A DNA stretch of 64,000 nucleotides, from the NCBI RefSeq assembly GCF_000315625.1, contig NW_005434670.1, forward strand, positions 806,016 to 870,015. The letters run 5' to 3'. The notes beneath the pieces are model-generated. The model searched no databases. It was not told the DNA's origin and saw only the letters and a program-made list of their open reading frames with translations. Shown here piece after piece: positions 11,592 to 24,880 of the stretch (the first letter of the stretch is position 1; every line of letters begins with the position of its first letter). Source of the stretch: Guillardia theta CCMP2712 (Eukaryota > Protista > Cryptophyta). A program made the position numbers and the translations under genes.

Positions 11592-11746
11592 AAGCATTCT
11601 GTTTAGGACACCGAATACACAAGACATGTATGTGAAACAAGGAGGCTGAGGAGTATACAAAAGTACGAAGAAAACCAAGTCTGAATGTCAGAACACTCTA
11701 TTTATTACATGATCATGCTATAGTAAAACTTTCATACAACTCATTC

Positions 11747-14700
11747 TCACAGAACTTGAATGCTTTGATCTGCGAATCTGAGGTCAGGAAGACGTTGAAG
11801 GAATGATTTACCTCACCAGAAACGTTTGATTGTGCCGCTGTGAGAAGAATTCAAGGTCGACGAGAACTCCTGGACTTTCATCTACCAGAGTCCTCACTGA
11901 ATGAATTGAATTGCGTCCAATCTCAACAGAATTGACAGACAGCAAGATGTCTCCTGGTTGAACCAGCCTGGTCTCGTCGTTGAGAGCAGTCCAGTCATGC
12001 ACTTCGTCTTCACTGTATCTGACAGATTTGACTCGGAACGGGGAGTCCTTGGATATGAAGAGCTCTGGGTTCATCAGTTTCATCTTTTCGACTCCTGCAC
12101 CACCATCAAGGTGATCAAGGAGAGACCTCCACATGCTGAACACCATATCAACCATGTCGTTCTTGTTGTTTCGTCTGAACAGATCGTCAAGTTTGTCTGT
12201 GAGGACTCGCTTTGCCCTCAACATTATCATCTTTCCTATCTGACTTTCGCGCTTTCTGAACTTCATCAGGTTTCTCAACAGTTTGCTCTGAATCTGTTTA
12301 TCTTGATTCTTACTTTCCTCCAGTTCAATAATGGTTTGCTGGTAATTGTGCTGCATTATACTCATACGCTCCCTGAGATCTGACAGACTCTCTGCTTTGC
12401 TGCTGACATTTGCGACCTCAATCATCTGCTGATCCCCTTGTTCCTGGAATGAAATCTGCTCAAATCTCTCTGACACGTCATCGTCTCCAGAACCTCTCTG
12501 CGACATCAAGTCAGGCTCGAGAGTGACGTCTTGAGGAGATATCTGAGCCAGCAACGCGTCCTTGTCCTGCACAGCAGCTGAAGGACTAGGCTGATTCAGC
12601 TCCTTCCCCACCAGCTCTTTAGATTTGTAGATCTGCAACTGATAAAGGAGATAGTTGGAGATTTCTTTCTGTTTGACGTATTTGTTTTTGAGCACGTGAT
12701 ATTCGATCTTTGATTCAATGAGATCATTTTGCAGGCAGGCTGAATTTGCTCGAGCGTGCTTGTCTTTTGGGGACTTTAGCTTCAGCATGTCGGCGCTATC
12801 CAACTTGTTGAAGAAGGCGTTCAGTCGCGAGGAGATCTCCATGCACTCGAGACTAGCGGCCTCGGCCTCTGCAAGCATGTTCTGAACAAGTTGCCTCCAG
12901 TAGTTGTTGGGCCTCCAAGAGACCTGCGGCCCTGAGGTGACTTTTCTTTGCAGCAGCTCTGAATGGGCGTGAGCTTCCCTGAGTCTCAGCATCAGCTCGC
13001 GGTTCGAAGTCTCGATGTAGTCGCACCGCCTTGACAGCTCCTGTATGAGGTTGTGTCGATCTTTCAGCTTCTGCTGCAGATGAATGTTTTCTTCCCTAGA
13101 GTTATTCAGCTCGTCTTTGGAGTTCTGTACAAACGACCTGCACATCAAGTCAGCTCTCAAGGAAGGCTGACCTTGAGCGTCTGATACCTCACGAGAGCGA
13201 TGAAGGTCTTGACCTTGATCAAAGTCGACGACACTTTCTTCTTCGCGTGATCGAGCTCAATCAGAGAGCTCTCTCTCTTCTCACCTCCGTTCGTCTTTCT
13301 CTGTACAGTGATGCTCTTCACTCTGGAGGTGTAGAACCCGTGCTTCAAAGGAGAGTCTGCCAGGTGGATTTGCCGCTCAAGTTCCTTGAGAATCTGATGT
13401 ACATTCCTTCCATCCCGACAGAACTGAGGAAAGACTTGAACCTCGATGCAAGGGTCTTCATCCTCAAGAAAGCGAGCCTTCACCCCTTCCCTCCTCCCAT
13501 TCAGAGCTCTTGCGATGTCAACAACGATGCTGTCTAGCAAGAAGGTTGCATCCCGTCTCCAATCTTTCTTGTCGAGGTACAGCTTTGCGGTGATCAGCTG
13601 AGATTCTGCTGATCCTTCTTCCGAGACCTCAACGACGTCAAAACTTCTGTCAAAGAAGGACAGAGCGTTGACAATCTCCGTATCGAATGACTCGATGATA
13701 TCTTTGCACTCTTGCAGTGTAGCAGCGATCAGAGTTTTGCTGTCATCTGCTGGCTCGATTGCAGTGTGCATCTCCGTGTATTCCAGAACATTCTGTGCAG
13801 ATGGTTAGTCACTTGAACATTCTACAGCATGTTTCACCTCAAAGGATGGGGATTTGCGCTCGATAGAAGAATAGAAGGAATTCATGCTTGAATCCTCGAC
13901 AGCCGTCACAGGCTCAATGTTCTCATGCATGTCATGCAGACACGCTTCTTCCTTCTCTGGCCTCGTCCGTTCATCTCTACAATTGTTGATACCTGGCAGC
14001 ATACGTTCTGACTGGCTCAAAACTTTGCTGACTGACCCAACGAGGGCCTCAAACGCCTTCATATGCTCCTGCCTCAAACAATCAGGACAAGCTGTGATGA
14101 AGAAACCCATCATAGTGTCGATGGAGGAGAAGAGCCCGGCTGCATGGTTTGTTCTTTCATGGGATGAGTTGAAGAATTGATCTCTCGTTGACTTCAGATC
14201 ATTCCAAAGCTTTTCTTTTGCTCTGAGATCCCGATCTGCAAGAGTCGTAGACCAGATGTCGAACGATTGAGACATCGCTTGCCTTCTTGCCTGTGCTCGT
14301 GATCTTTCAAGCTTCCTTCTAAGTTCTCTTTTTCTTTTTGCGAACCTCGACATGTAGCTGTGAAACACTTTCAACGTCCGTTTGCGGAGCATGATGACCA
14401 CTCGAAAGGAACGTTTGAGAAATTTGATTCGCCCCAACCAGAAGAGAAAGTTTTGCTGCAACATTTTTGGGTGTGGCTTTTTGGATACGACATGCAGGTG
14501 ACGTGTTTGCACAATCTTCCATACTTTGAAAACCATCACCATTAACTTCTTCGTGTAATTTTGCGCTGCTGTCAACGATAATCTCTTGAAGAAACAAAAA
14601 TCAAGAAGATGGTCGAATGCATTCCTAAGAATTCTTGGGGCAAATTTCAACTGCAGAGACAAATGCAGGTATATGACTTGATCAATGTATCGCCGCCAGG

Positions 14701-15595
14701 ACGCAAGAAGTTCTTTACACAAACGACGATTTTGGAATCTTAGCATGTAAGAACTCCACAAGTCCTGTCTGTAACAAACAAAGCTATCATCTTTCCAGGC
14801 AATGTAAGCACGGCTCAGTCGCGTTCTTTCAAATCTCTTGATGAACCAATTGATTTGATCAGTCGAGACATCACCTTCAATCGCACGAGACCAAGAGCTC
14901 ATCATGGTTCTTAAGCGTTTTAGGCGAACATTGCAGAATTTCATGATCAATCTCTGTCTTTGCTGTCTCAACGTCTTCCACCCATTGAAGGCAATTTGTG
15001 TCTGTTTCGTCGCAGTTGTGAGGCTAGTCATAGAGGCTGTATTCAAGTTTGCCGCTGGATAGCAATTGTAGACTCTTTCAAGTGACAGGCAGCTTATTAG
15101 AAGTTTTTGATTCAGGTAGGATGAATGGGTTTGTTTTCTTTTCATCACACTCAGCTTGTACCAGGACAATGACCGCATCTTGAGCAAAGTTTCATATCTC
15201 AGCAGGATACGGGTACCGACGCTGACAACATGAGCTTGCTTTCTCGTCTCGTCTATCCAGAGGTAAAGCAAACTCATCTGTAATCTTTTTGACCTTTTTC
15301 GCTCAAAGTGCATTGTACGCAGTCGAAGTCGTCCTTTCTCTATTGTGAGTTGACGCCAAGCAGTGAAAGATCGAGGCAGGAAAGAGAAGGAATCTCGTCT
15401 GAGTGGACCTTCCGCGCGTTTTCCTGCCGCTTCATCACCTTCACCTGACCTGGGCTGCTGCGCTTTCGCAGGGTCGTTACACGTCATGGAGAGCAAGATC
15501 TCAAGATTTCTTTTCTTGACATCCTCCAACTCTCTGTTGGTGCTCTGAGATCCCATCAGCCTCCTGCTGCTTGTTTCTCCGTTCATGGGTCGCAT
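11747..15595 (-). CDS. Large Sfi1-like (centrin-binding-type W repeats) coiled-coil protein with a C-terminal PDZ-like domain; about 4 exons
   Basis: ORFs 13805-15622, 13157-13771 and 11808-13160 join through short GT-AG introns (one has a CTAAC branch site). Repeated F/LxxW(K/R) motifs: SFTAWRQ, AFNGWKT, LLASWRR, VFKVWKI. PDZ-like VQPGDILLSVNSVEIG...LVDESPGVLVDLEF. Ends approximate. Confidence 0.7.
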
Positions 15596-15974
15596 GGTTC
15601 TGCTGCGTTTCGATAGAGCCAATTTTCGAGGATCTCAATACTTGTTGGAGTGCTTGATCGTCATGCTATGTCAGCTCATGTCGGCCAGCACGAGCTTGAA
15701 CGTCTGCTTCCTCCTCTTGACCTCCCTGCTTCCCTCTCTCTCTCTCGCTCGCTGCCCTCTGCCATCGCTCCCCATCTCCCTCCCTACTGCATTTTATGTA
15801 CTCTATATGGACCTACAGGGTTATCATAATTTTCGCTGCGCGATGGCAAGGGTGGGGAGCTCCGTTACTGAAGAGAGCATGACGAGAGCGCATGGGAGCA
15901 ACGAAGCATCAGATACAAGGGCAGTCACATTCGCAGTCTGTGTATTGTGAACGATCACAATATGAATAGGTCTT

Positions 15975-16928
15975 TCATGACGGGAAAACAGGCTTCGCTC
16001 CGAAAGCGCTTCTAAGAGCATTCTCGTACTTGGCCTCGCTTTGAAGGGACGCCTGAGGGAGAAGAGTCAAGCACAACAAGGAGGTTGAGCAATAAAGAAT
16101 GTTCGTGAGAGCTTACATCACTAGAGAATCCTTCGCCCTTCCTCAAAGTGTCATATGATCCTCTGCCATCATACCAGGTCAGCACAGAAATCACAAGCAA
16201 TGCTCAGCGGCTATCATCACCCAGAGTTCACAATGATGTCATCCAGCTTCCGCAGTTCACGCTCCCATCTACGCATGGAGAGTTAGAAAATGCACAAGAC
16301 ACAAGTTAGCCGACGAGAAAACGAGCGAGCGAGAGACAACGAAGGGAAGGGGGGGGGAGAGAAAGAGAGAGAACACAGACTTCGCGTGCTTCAAACGGTG
16401 CAACGATGATTTCTTCAGAGAAGCTACGCGCTTCTGCTTCATCTCTGCTTCCTTTGCAGCTTCCATCTTCTTGTTGAGAATAGCCAGTATGAAATCAATC
16501 CGCTTGGCAAACTTTCCACCCATTGCTTTGAGACGTGTGATGGCATTCGGATCCTTTTCCATTTCAGTCTTCAAGGCTTTTTCTTGTTTTGACAACCAAA
16601 CCCTCCTCGCTTTGAGCTGCTGCGCCATCTTAAGATCTATCCCGTGCTTCCCGACCTCGCTTGTATCCCACGTCTCGATTGGTGTCGAGATGTGTATCAC
16701 GGACGAACGTCCTTTCAATCCCCTTTGAAACGCCTGCTCGAACATCTCCTCAATCGAATCTTCCTTAGAACGCACAGAGCTCGATGTTCGCGTCTTCGTT
16801 GCTGGTACAGGATGGTCTAGGAGCGCGTCTTGGTTGGGCGGCTGATTCGAGGAGAGGAGAAGGAGAACGTACAACAAAGAGATGAGAGTGCACGCAATGA
16901 AGCCGCTCCTCTTTGATCTATTCCACAT
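15975..16928 (-). CDS. Hypothetical type II membrane-anchored coiled-coil protein, 4 exons
   Basis: MWNRSKRSGFIACTLISLLYVLLLLSS (signal anchor). Three GT-AG introns splice in frame to ...WERELRKLDDIIVNSGGSYDTLRKGEGFSSDASLQSEAKYENALRSAFGAKPVFPS*. Confidence 0.65.
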
Positions 16929-17584
16929 GGTACAGTGTAGGGGAAAAAGAAGATTATCCGACGAGCACCAAGACGCCTTCACACCTGCTGTCTTACGATC
17001 GAGTTTCGCACGTCAATCAGAACATCACTTTCAACTTCTCATGCAGCTCTGTACCCTCGCTCTCTGTGCTCACCGTTGCCCTTGCTCTTGTCCTCTCGAC
17101 GCTCTTCCCATGTGTTGATCTCTCTCGCTCGCTCCTTGTTTCCTGCCCTCCCACTGCCCTCTTCACAAACCCGCAACTTCGCTCCAGGAAATCTGCATCG
17201 AAGTGGCGCGTCTGCCCGTTGCAATTGTAACGGATATTATAAGTGGCAGACCTGCCCCGGTGTCACCAGCAGGCTGGGCTGAAACAGTGAGCGGCCGGGG
17301 GCCCGGGCGGGCGGCCTGACTGAGTGAGGCATTACTCGAAGAACGCGGCGAGGCGAGAATAACTGCCCTATGCTTATCAGTGTCGTGAGTGCCATGATCA
17401 ATCTCAGTTTGATGTTTCTTTTCTTCAAATAAATACATTTACACCTCAAGACCTCGTGAAACTTCCCATCCTCTGGCCTTCTGAGCGAGAGAAGTCATCA
17501 CTTTTCTTCCTGACCTCTCACTTGCAACCTCCCACTCCCTGATGCATGTTGCACCCCACTACGAGACTTGATCTAAAGAATATG

Positions 17585-19009
17585 TTACCGTAGACGAATT
17601 CGAGAGTCGAACTCCATTTCCCTCAGTGCCTCGTAGTTCTTGGGGTCGTTCTCGTCGAGCTCGAGCTACAGAATCAGTGAGATGTCAGATGTCAGAAAAC
17701 ATCCTCACCTCTGGGCCAAGAAGCTCAGTCTTCAACCACATCACGATCTGTGGTATCACTGCACATAACAAGTCAGTGCTGTAGATGAGCAGAACTCCGT
17801 GAAGAAAGAGTCAAAAAGATCGACAATCTCACCGTATAAGACAAGGCATATTGAAGCCATACCAAACATCATCAAAATTGCACTTAATATGGCAGAAAAG
17901 AAAGTGTAGTGACGACAATGTGGCAAATTGTTGCAAGGATTATCGTCGGAATTCCTGTCTGCCCAATATGAATTCATCTGCTTGGCATTCCTGAGTTGCT
18001 TCCATGCTGCTTTTGTGCTGACTCCTCTGGCCCTCATCTCCTCGATGTCCTTTTCAATCTTCCCAACAGACGCTGCACTCGCATGGTCCAAGCTCAAAGT
18101 ACAAACCCCCGGAGAGATGATTCCACATCTGCTTCGTTGCCCCCCTACCTTCACTTCAGGATTTTGCAACGTGAGCTTCGATCCTGCAACTGTTGTACAA
18201 CGAACAGTGGAATTGTCGATCCAAGTAGTCTTTCCACATGCCTGGCCGTTTATCTGGGCTTCCGGCTTAGTGTCCCAGTTCCCAACCCCCCACACTCGAA
18301 TGTTGAGATCCATTGGCCCGTAGATCGGTTCTCCAACAATGAAGGGCTCAACGTCGAAGACAAAAGGAGCCGAATACCGGAACATCTGCTTTCCAACTGC
18401 AACTGCAGGAATAAATGCAGGCTCACTCACGGTGACGGTCACATCTAGATCCTTCCCAACCCCTGCAGGGGTCCTCACAACGAGAGTTCTCTCGTCTACC
18501 CACTGAGTAGATTCTGCAACGGTGTTGCCTATCCGGACAGACACGTCTGCGTCAAAGTCTCCCAAATTTTTGCCATAGATAGTAAGAGGATCTCCGCCCG
18601 AAGCTCGCATGATAGATGACGACGACTTGACGGATATCACCCTGGGCTTTCTGTAATTTGGCAAACTCTTTCTCAGGGACACTGCGAGCTGCTCTTTGCC
18701 TTGTTTTGCAGAATGCAATCCAGAGATAGACCTTACAGCTTTCTTGAATGCTTCTTTGGACACGGTCATAGATTCATAGTTTGCATGACCATCCCTGACA
18801 AGATCTGCAACCATGGTATACAAAAATATTGACCCCAGGGTCAGAATTACACCCAGATTAACGTATGAGAGGTGTTTTCGTTCCCTTGATCGAGACCATA
18901 CCAAACGACTCGAAAGTGGTCTAGGAGAGAAATCATCACTCGTTGATGCCGTTGTCTCATCTACGTCCAACGCCGATCTAGCATGTGCCGAATGGCCTGA
19001 GTCCGTCAT
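17585..19009 (-). CDS. IPT/TIG-domain membrane protein (two TIG domains between two TM helices), 3 exons
   Basis: PRVISV...GGDPLTIYGKNLG...VSVRIGNT...WVDERTLVVRTPAGVG and a second unit INGQACGKTTWIDNSTVRCTT. Hydrophobic helices near both ends. Spliced tail ...ELELDENDPKNYEALREMEFDSRIRLR*. Confidence 0.85.
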
Positions 19010-20748
19010 GTTCGTTCGTTCCAGCTGATGCAAGATGGGAGCTTGCAAGTCTCAGTTCGCTAATCCTGTCAAGACTTCTCGATCTTGATCATGTAACTGA
19101 AGCTCAAACACTTAGTTGCGAGAGACCTCGACGGAAAAGCTCTGGACAGGACCAGAGGAGAGGAGGTCCCTTCTTCTCGCGCTTCAGCCCGCCGTCCTCC
19201 TCCTTCAGTGAAGTGAAGGCAGACTGAACTCAACAAGAGCGAGCTTGAAGTGACAAGGAAGTGTCCACACGCGGAGAGGAGGCTGATATCTCAGGCTCTC
19301 TTCGCCTCCTCCCTGCTCCCCGCCATGCGGAGTTCTCGCTCTATTTCGGGTTGGTGTTGAGTAAAAAAGCATCATTCTAGAAATGTTTTAGAGACGAGTC
19401 CGCCTCATGCTTATTTAGAAAGTTTAATGGGGGCACTTTCATATATCACCGTACATGCCAATGCTGCCTCTGATGGAACTAATGGTTTAACCCCACCCCC
19501 TCGAATACTGAAGAGAGAGGGAAAAAGGAGGGGTGAGACTAGTGGAAAATGTTTACTCAAGTCTCAAGCGAAGGGGCAACTGCAGGTCCTCTCAGGGAAG
19601 AACTCAGGGTGGGTACCAGTGACTTCTAGGGGTGATTTTAGGATGTAAGACGGGGGTGGGGTGGTATTGGCAGAAATAGCGTTTCATGATGCTGTCGAGC
19701 CTTTTCGGAGCCAACATGTTCATCAGGGGAGACGCGGAACTGAGGTGAAGAGATCGACGAATGCTTGCACGAACATTGCTGAAGATAATGCGGTCCTGTA
19801 GAAATCTTGCCTGTAGATCTGCGTTTCGTTGTTGGAGGTTGTTGGTTGGTTTAGAATCTCGCAAGTTGATGTTCCGCACCTGTCAGATGTCATACAATGG
19901 GATGGGTTTGAAGATGGAAATTGCAAAGTGGTGGTTCGAGTGTTTAATTTGTGTTGATTTTTAAGTTCCTGTTTCGTCTGAACGATTCTTGAAGCAAGTA
20001 TACGTTTATCGGAATGAGATGATTATAAGTTTCCCGACAAATTGACGACAAAAGTGATATTTGGGCATTCATTCATGCCCACACGATGCTGATGGATTAC
20101 GTTTCTCACAAACCAATCATGTGCTTTTACATGAGCTTGTGTCCTCTGTGTGCATGATACCCCATGTTGTGTACTTCACTGCGATGAGATTATGTCAATA
20201 CTTTTTTTCATTCTCTTACGTAATCAACAGTCATGAGAGGCACAAACTCGGAATGAAGGACAGCATCTTCAAGCCATGGTCAGGCCCACCGCGTACTTCT
20301 CATCAGGAGGTTGAAAATTTTGATTGCTGTGGGCTGGGCACATATCTTTGTTGACATGACTGGATTTCTGTAGCATGATGCTAGGATGCGCGTCATCGAT
20401 TCGAGCAACGGCATTGATTCCATTCTCAAGCGTGCAATGGGTGCTTGTTCTCACCTTCCAGAATTCCCTCGTAATTTGTTTCCAGGAAATCGTTCATCCC
20501 TATTCAAGAGAACTTAAAATATGTGGCACTACGCGATGACTCATATGCTATGAAATGTGTTTTTCTCCCATCTTGTTACTTTGTTATGTTCATCTGTTCC
20601 AACCAACTTTATCGTTTCTTGCCCTGTTGAGTGATACGTATTGAGGTAGACGTTATTCTTTAACATAGTTCAGCTTTGTTTCATCCCAAGTAAAGTGTAA
20701 TTCTTTCTTCATCTTTTAACATTGATTCCAAGAAGATTTAAGCGACAA

Positions 20749-22351
20749 CTATGAACATGCGCTAATGCTTTCAAAAAACTTTTGAGCTTTGGAAGTTGAC
20801 AGCTCGTTTCTCAGTCTTTCTAACATGGGATGAGATGAAACAGGTTCTTCTTGGTAAGATAGCTCATCCGTATCATCTTCAACGATTTCATCTAGTCCAA
20901 TCTTCTTGGCTATTTCGATGTTCTGCGCACGTTTCCACTTCATCAGGTGTGGAAGGAGCCTTCGAGGAACCGAGCGCTCTGAATCAAAGATGTCCAAAGG
21001 CACTGAGAGCAAGTCTGCAAAAATTGCCCGGAATTCAATTTCAAGCTCGATGTTTGCCGGAGAATCTCTATCAGATAGATCATTGAAAAGTTCTAAAACG
21101 AAGTTGGCGAAGTCATTAATGCGGTGATTGTCATCGTCGTTTTCCAACATATGCCGGAATTTTGCTTTCAACTCTGTCTGCTGGCTACTATTTGTTTGAA
21201 CATAGAGTTTTGACAAAGACCGACAGAGCTTCTCTTTGGAGACCGTCTTGAGATTGTTGCGTCTTCTTTCTGCTAATTTGTGTTCCATCGTCAGCATATT
21301 TTCCAGCTGTTCTTCACTCTTAAACAGTGCGCCCTGGTTCACAGGAATGTTTGTTGTGTCCGGTTTCTTGTCCCTCTCGGTCTGCCTGTAAGCATAGATC
21401 TGCTTGAATTGATCGAATGTGATTCTTGAGCTTTGGTTCTCCTTCTGGAACCTGCAGCATCCTGACGTGAGAACCCTGTTGGTAGCATGGGCTAAAATAT
21501 GCATAGGGGAGGAGCACGATGGGCATAGGGCGATCGGAGAAAGTCATCGTGGAGGAAAACAAAGGTGGGGGGGTAGGCGATAGAATGCAGGCGACCATGA
21601 AGATCGACACAAACCTTTCAAATAATCTTCGTGCCTCGTGCAGTTCTCCATCAGATAAAGACTGTGCGGGTTCAGCCAGCCGCAGTCGTCAAAGAAAAAT
21701 TCTCCCACCTTGCTCATACTTGTATCGAATATCCGGTGGCTAGTGATTCGGTTAGCGTCCTCTTTACTTTGATGTGCGCGATGTTCATCTGCACGATCCT
21801 GAGCGCTGTTGCCTCGGAATACTTCCACACGTATGACGGAATGTTGGTCCTCGTTCCTAAGGACATCCAACTGTGCGCACGAGCCTTCCTCACCAAGTAT
21901 CAACTGTGACAACTCGATATCAGGATGATAAAAGACAAAGAGATGCAGCTATCATTATCCTACATTCGTCATCTCCTTCATACTCAACTCCGAGATCTTC
22001 ACTCCATCGATTGCAATCACTATGTCCCCACGGCGAACTCTGTCAAGGAAATCACACTCGTCACTGGTCGACCCATCTAAAACTATTCGGGATCCTTACT
22101 TTCCGTCCACAGAAGCATCAAACCCTTCGAGCACTGTAGACATATGTAGTGAGTACGAATGCTTCACGAGTCCCCCTTCCCCTTCCCCATCCCCCACCCT
22201 GCTCGGCAAGCCACATCTCCTCCCCCCTTGTCCTCCTCCTGCCTTCAACGCCCAAGACAACACAAGATGAACGACCTTCTTCGACCCTCAGGCCTTCACC
22301 TCCTCCTGTCCGCTGCGATGCGAACCTGATTCCCAAGCTCCTCCTCGCCAT
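20749..22351 (-). CDS. Multi-exon PDZ-domain + EF-hand-like protein; possible further or decayed 3' exons to ~19604
   Basis: Spliced exons read MARRSLGIRF...VLEGFDASVDG..VRRGDIVIAIDGVKISELSMKEMTNLILGEEGSCAQLDVLR (PDZ), then RIFDTSMS..LSDGEL and SSRITFDQFKQIY (EF-like). Confidence 0.65.
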
Positions 22352-22740
22352 TCCTTCAACCCCAACGACTTTGAATTTAGTCAATATCGGGCCCGCCTTA
22401 GCATCGGATGGCTGACTGTGAGGCAGTCGGAGATGAGGGTGAGGTTGACTGACAAGATGTCTGATAGGGGGTGGGGTGGTCACTAGAGATGTTGGGCAAT
22501 TAAAGTTTTGAGTGGGAAAAAGATTTTCAGCAAAAATTCTAAGGTAGGTTTAGGGGTTTTCTAAAGATCAAGGGTAGGTGAATCAACAAAAATCAAAGAT
22601 TTCGGGCGATTGCTGACAGGTCACGATACTTTAAAATTTTCATAATTACTTATACATTACATACTATGTGCTTTATAATAAGTTGCACAAAACGCTACCA
22701 AACGTTTCGATTTTACATTTAGTTGTACCCAGCGCGGGAA

Positions 22741-24853
22741 ATGCAGGCAGAGGAAGGCTCGACAAAGGCCAGGAGGCTCAGGATGAGTGCCAAGCTACGT
22801 GCTGTGAAACAAGAGCTGGAGCTCGACCTCCCTACCAATGCGTCGTACATTGTCATTGTTGAACGTGGATTTCGTTGCTTGGGTATGAAACCCCCCGAAC
22901 AATTGTCCTTGATCCAGCGTGTCGAGCGGCTCTATGCCCTCATCTTCGATGCCCCGACCTCTTCATTATCATCACCTCCCCTTCCTCACACATGGAATGA
23001 CCCTTCAGATCCGTTGCTTCCTCACGGAGCGGACACATCTTTGCCTGAAGATGATAGTTGTGCAAGCCACAACTATCAATCCATATCAATCGGGGAAGAG
23101 CCCTCCTGCTTTTGGACTAGTGAAGACGAATGTGTCTCCTCATCTGAATCAGAATCATACAACAAGGAACCTCCATCTGACCATGTCATGACGTTGCGCG
23201 GATTGCAGTTCTCCAAACGACGTGAATGTACAAGATTCCTTAAACATATCAACTTGAAGGATTACAACAAGCAAATCAAGAATACTCCTAGCAAAAAACT
23301 CCATGGCATGACCGGCTATATCATGCGCTGCTCCTGCTCTACATGCCCGTGAGCATCATTCTTGTTGCTTTCATGTCGTTTCCTCTCATTGCATTCTCTC
23401 AGGTACACAGTCATCGTCAAGAGGGGCAAGCAACACAAAAAGGATAAGTTTACCATCAATATGGAGGATAGCACCCTATACCATAGCACATTGTGCTCTT
23501 CCGTGGGAAATGCCGGAGCGAGTTATCTAGTTCATTCCAAACCTTTCCGTTCTATTATCGCCGAAGGGTCCAGGAGGGACATTGGAGGCAGTGTTCATCG
23601 ACGTATGACAGCCGAAGTCATTCAGAAGTTGTTCAAAAAACGCACTGGCATCTCCGCTGCACTGCATAACATTTATATTGCTCGCCTTGAAGTTGAAAAT
23701 GGATCGAGTGGCGTGGGAGTACCTTGACCAAATCGAGCCTCGACACTGGGTGCATGTCTTCCATTTCGCTCGGTCATGATTGCTAATCCTTTGCACCCCA
23801 GGCGAGATATGCTCAATGCCAATACTCGTCAACTGCGTCCAGTGTGAAACTGGACAGTTATGTTCGAAGTACGAGAACTGTTGGTTAGCAGATACCTGGA
23901 TTGCTGCCATCGCTGATAATGAAGGCTTCAAGGTCGGTATTATTCCACTGATTCATGACTTCAGCCCTGCTGATGATGACGAATTCCGTCATCACCCGGC
24001 CAGACATTGCAAACCTGGTCAGATGGAAGGCAGGAAGGCATCTAGAGGAGACCCTGATTATGTACCCAAATGCAAAAAACCCAGGCGGGGAGAAAGGAGG
24101 GTTACTCGGCCAGAGTCAGAACCCGAGAGTATGGATGAAATGGACGATTACAGTTATGACAATGACACAGAACCTGGAAATTGTCTTGATACGCAATACA
24201 ATGTGAATGGCCGTTCGAAGAAGCAATGTAGTATCTGCAAGTGCCGGGGGCATAACAAACGCACTTGCGATGCGAAGAAGCGCAGACGTGGGGGCAAGTC
24301 TGAAACAAAAACATCACATCACCAACCAACGAACATTGTTCAAGCTACACAATCATCCCAATTCTCGCGTGAAGCGCAACATTGGACATTGGTAGTGATT
24401 GACCTCCCACATCGAAAGATGACGTAAGGCTTCCCATGACGATGGAGAGGTGGAGTTGCGCTCTGATGTATGAACCATCAGGATGTATGACCCCATGTGC
24501 ATGCATGAACAGGACGAAGAGCACTGGAAGCGACCTCTCTGCGGTACGCATTGTTGCTTCCCATAAGTGTTATTCTAACCATCTACACAACAGCGTTCCT
24601 GCCAATGGAATGGCGTGAAAAAGGCTACAAGGAAACGCTCACCAAATTATGCAATTGGTCTTTTGAAGTTGCAACGGTCGATGCCTTCCCACAGCAACAG
24701 GACAGTGAGTCATGCGGCATGTTTGTATGCTGCTACGCGGACTGTATCGCGCAAGGTATACACCTCAAAAGCTTTTCACACCGCATCATCCCGGCGATCA
24801 GATCACAAACAGCAGCATTGTTGAGAACATGTTGTGAAGGCTGTGATGTATAA
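22741..24853 (+). pseudogene. Disrupted MULE transposase-Ulp1 (peptidase C48) fusion gene
   Basis: MuDR/FAR1-type DNA-binding Zn motif across intron 23349-23402 (MRCSCSTCP|YTVIVKR...LYHSTLC). MULE motif AWEYLDQIEPRHW|ARYAQ in a shifted frame. Zn knuckle CSICKCRGHNKRTC. Ulp1 triad after removing introns 24424-24481 and 24544-24593: HWTLVVIDLPHRKMTMYDPM...FPQQQDSESCGMFVCCYAD. No DDE core found. Confidence 0.8.
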
Positions 24854-24855
24854 AC

Positions 24856-24861
24856 AATAAA
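24856..24861 (+). promoter_or_regulatory. Candidate polyadenylation signal AATAAA for the transposon gene
   Basis: AATAAA lies 3 bp after the TAA stop (24851-24853). Confidence 0.35.
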
Positions 24862-24880
24862 CCTGTATGAGAAGGGCAGC

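Noticed and set aside
21631-21909. PKDIQLCAR resembles the histone H3 C-terminus (PKDIQLARR)
   Set aside because: No other histone-fold similarity; it is the antisense of a PDZ-coding exon on the minus strand.
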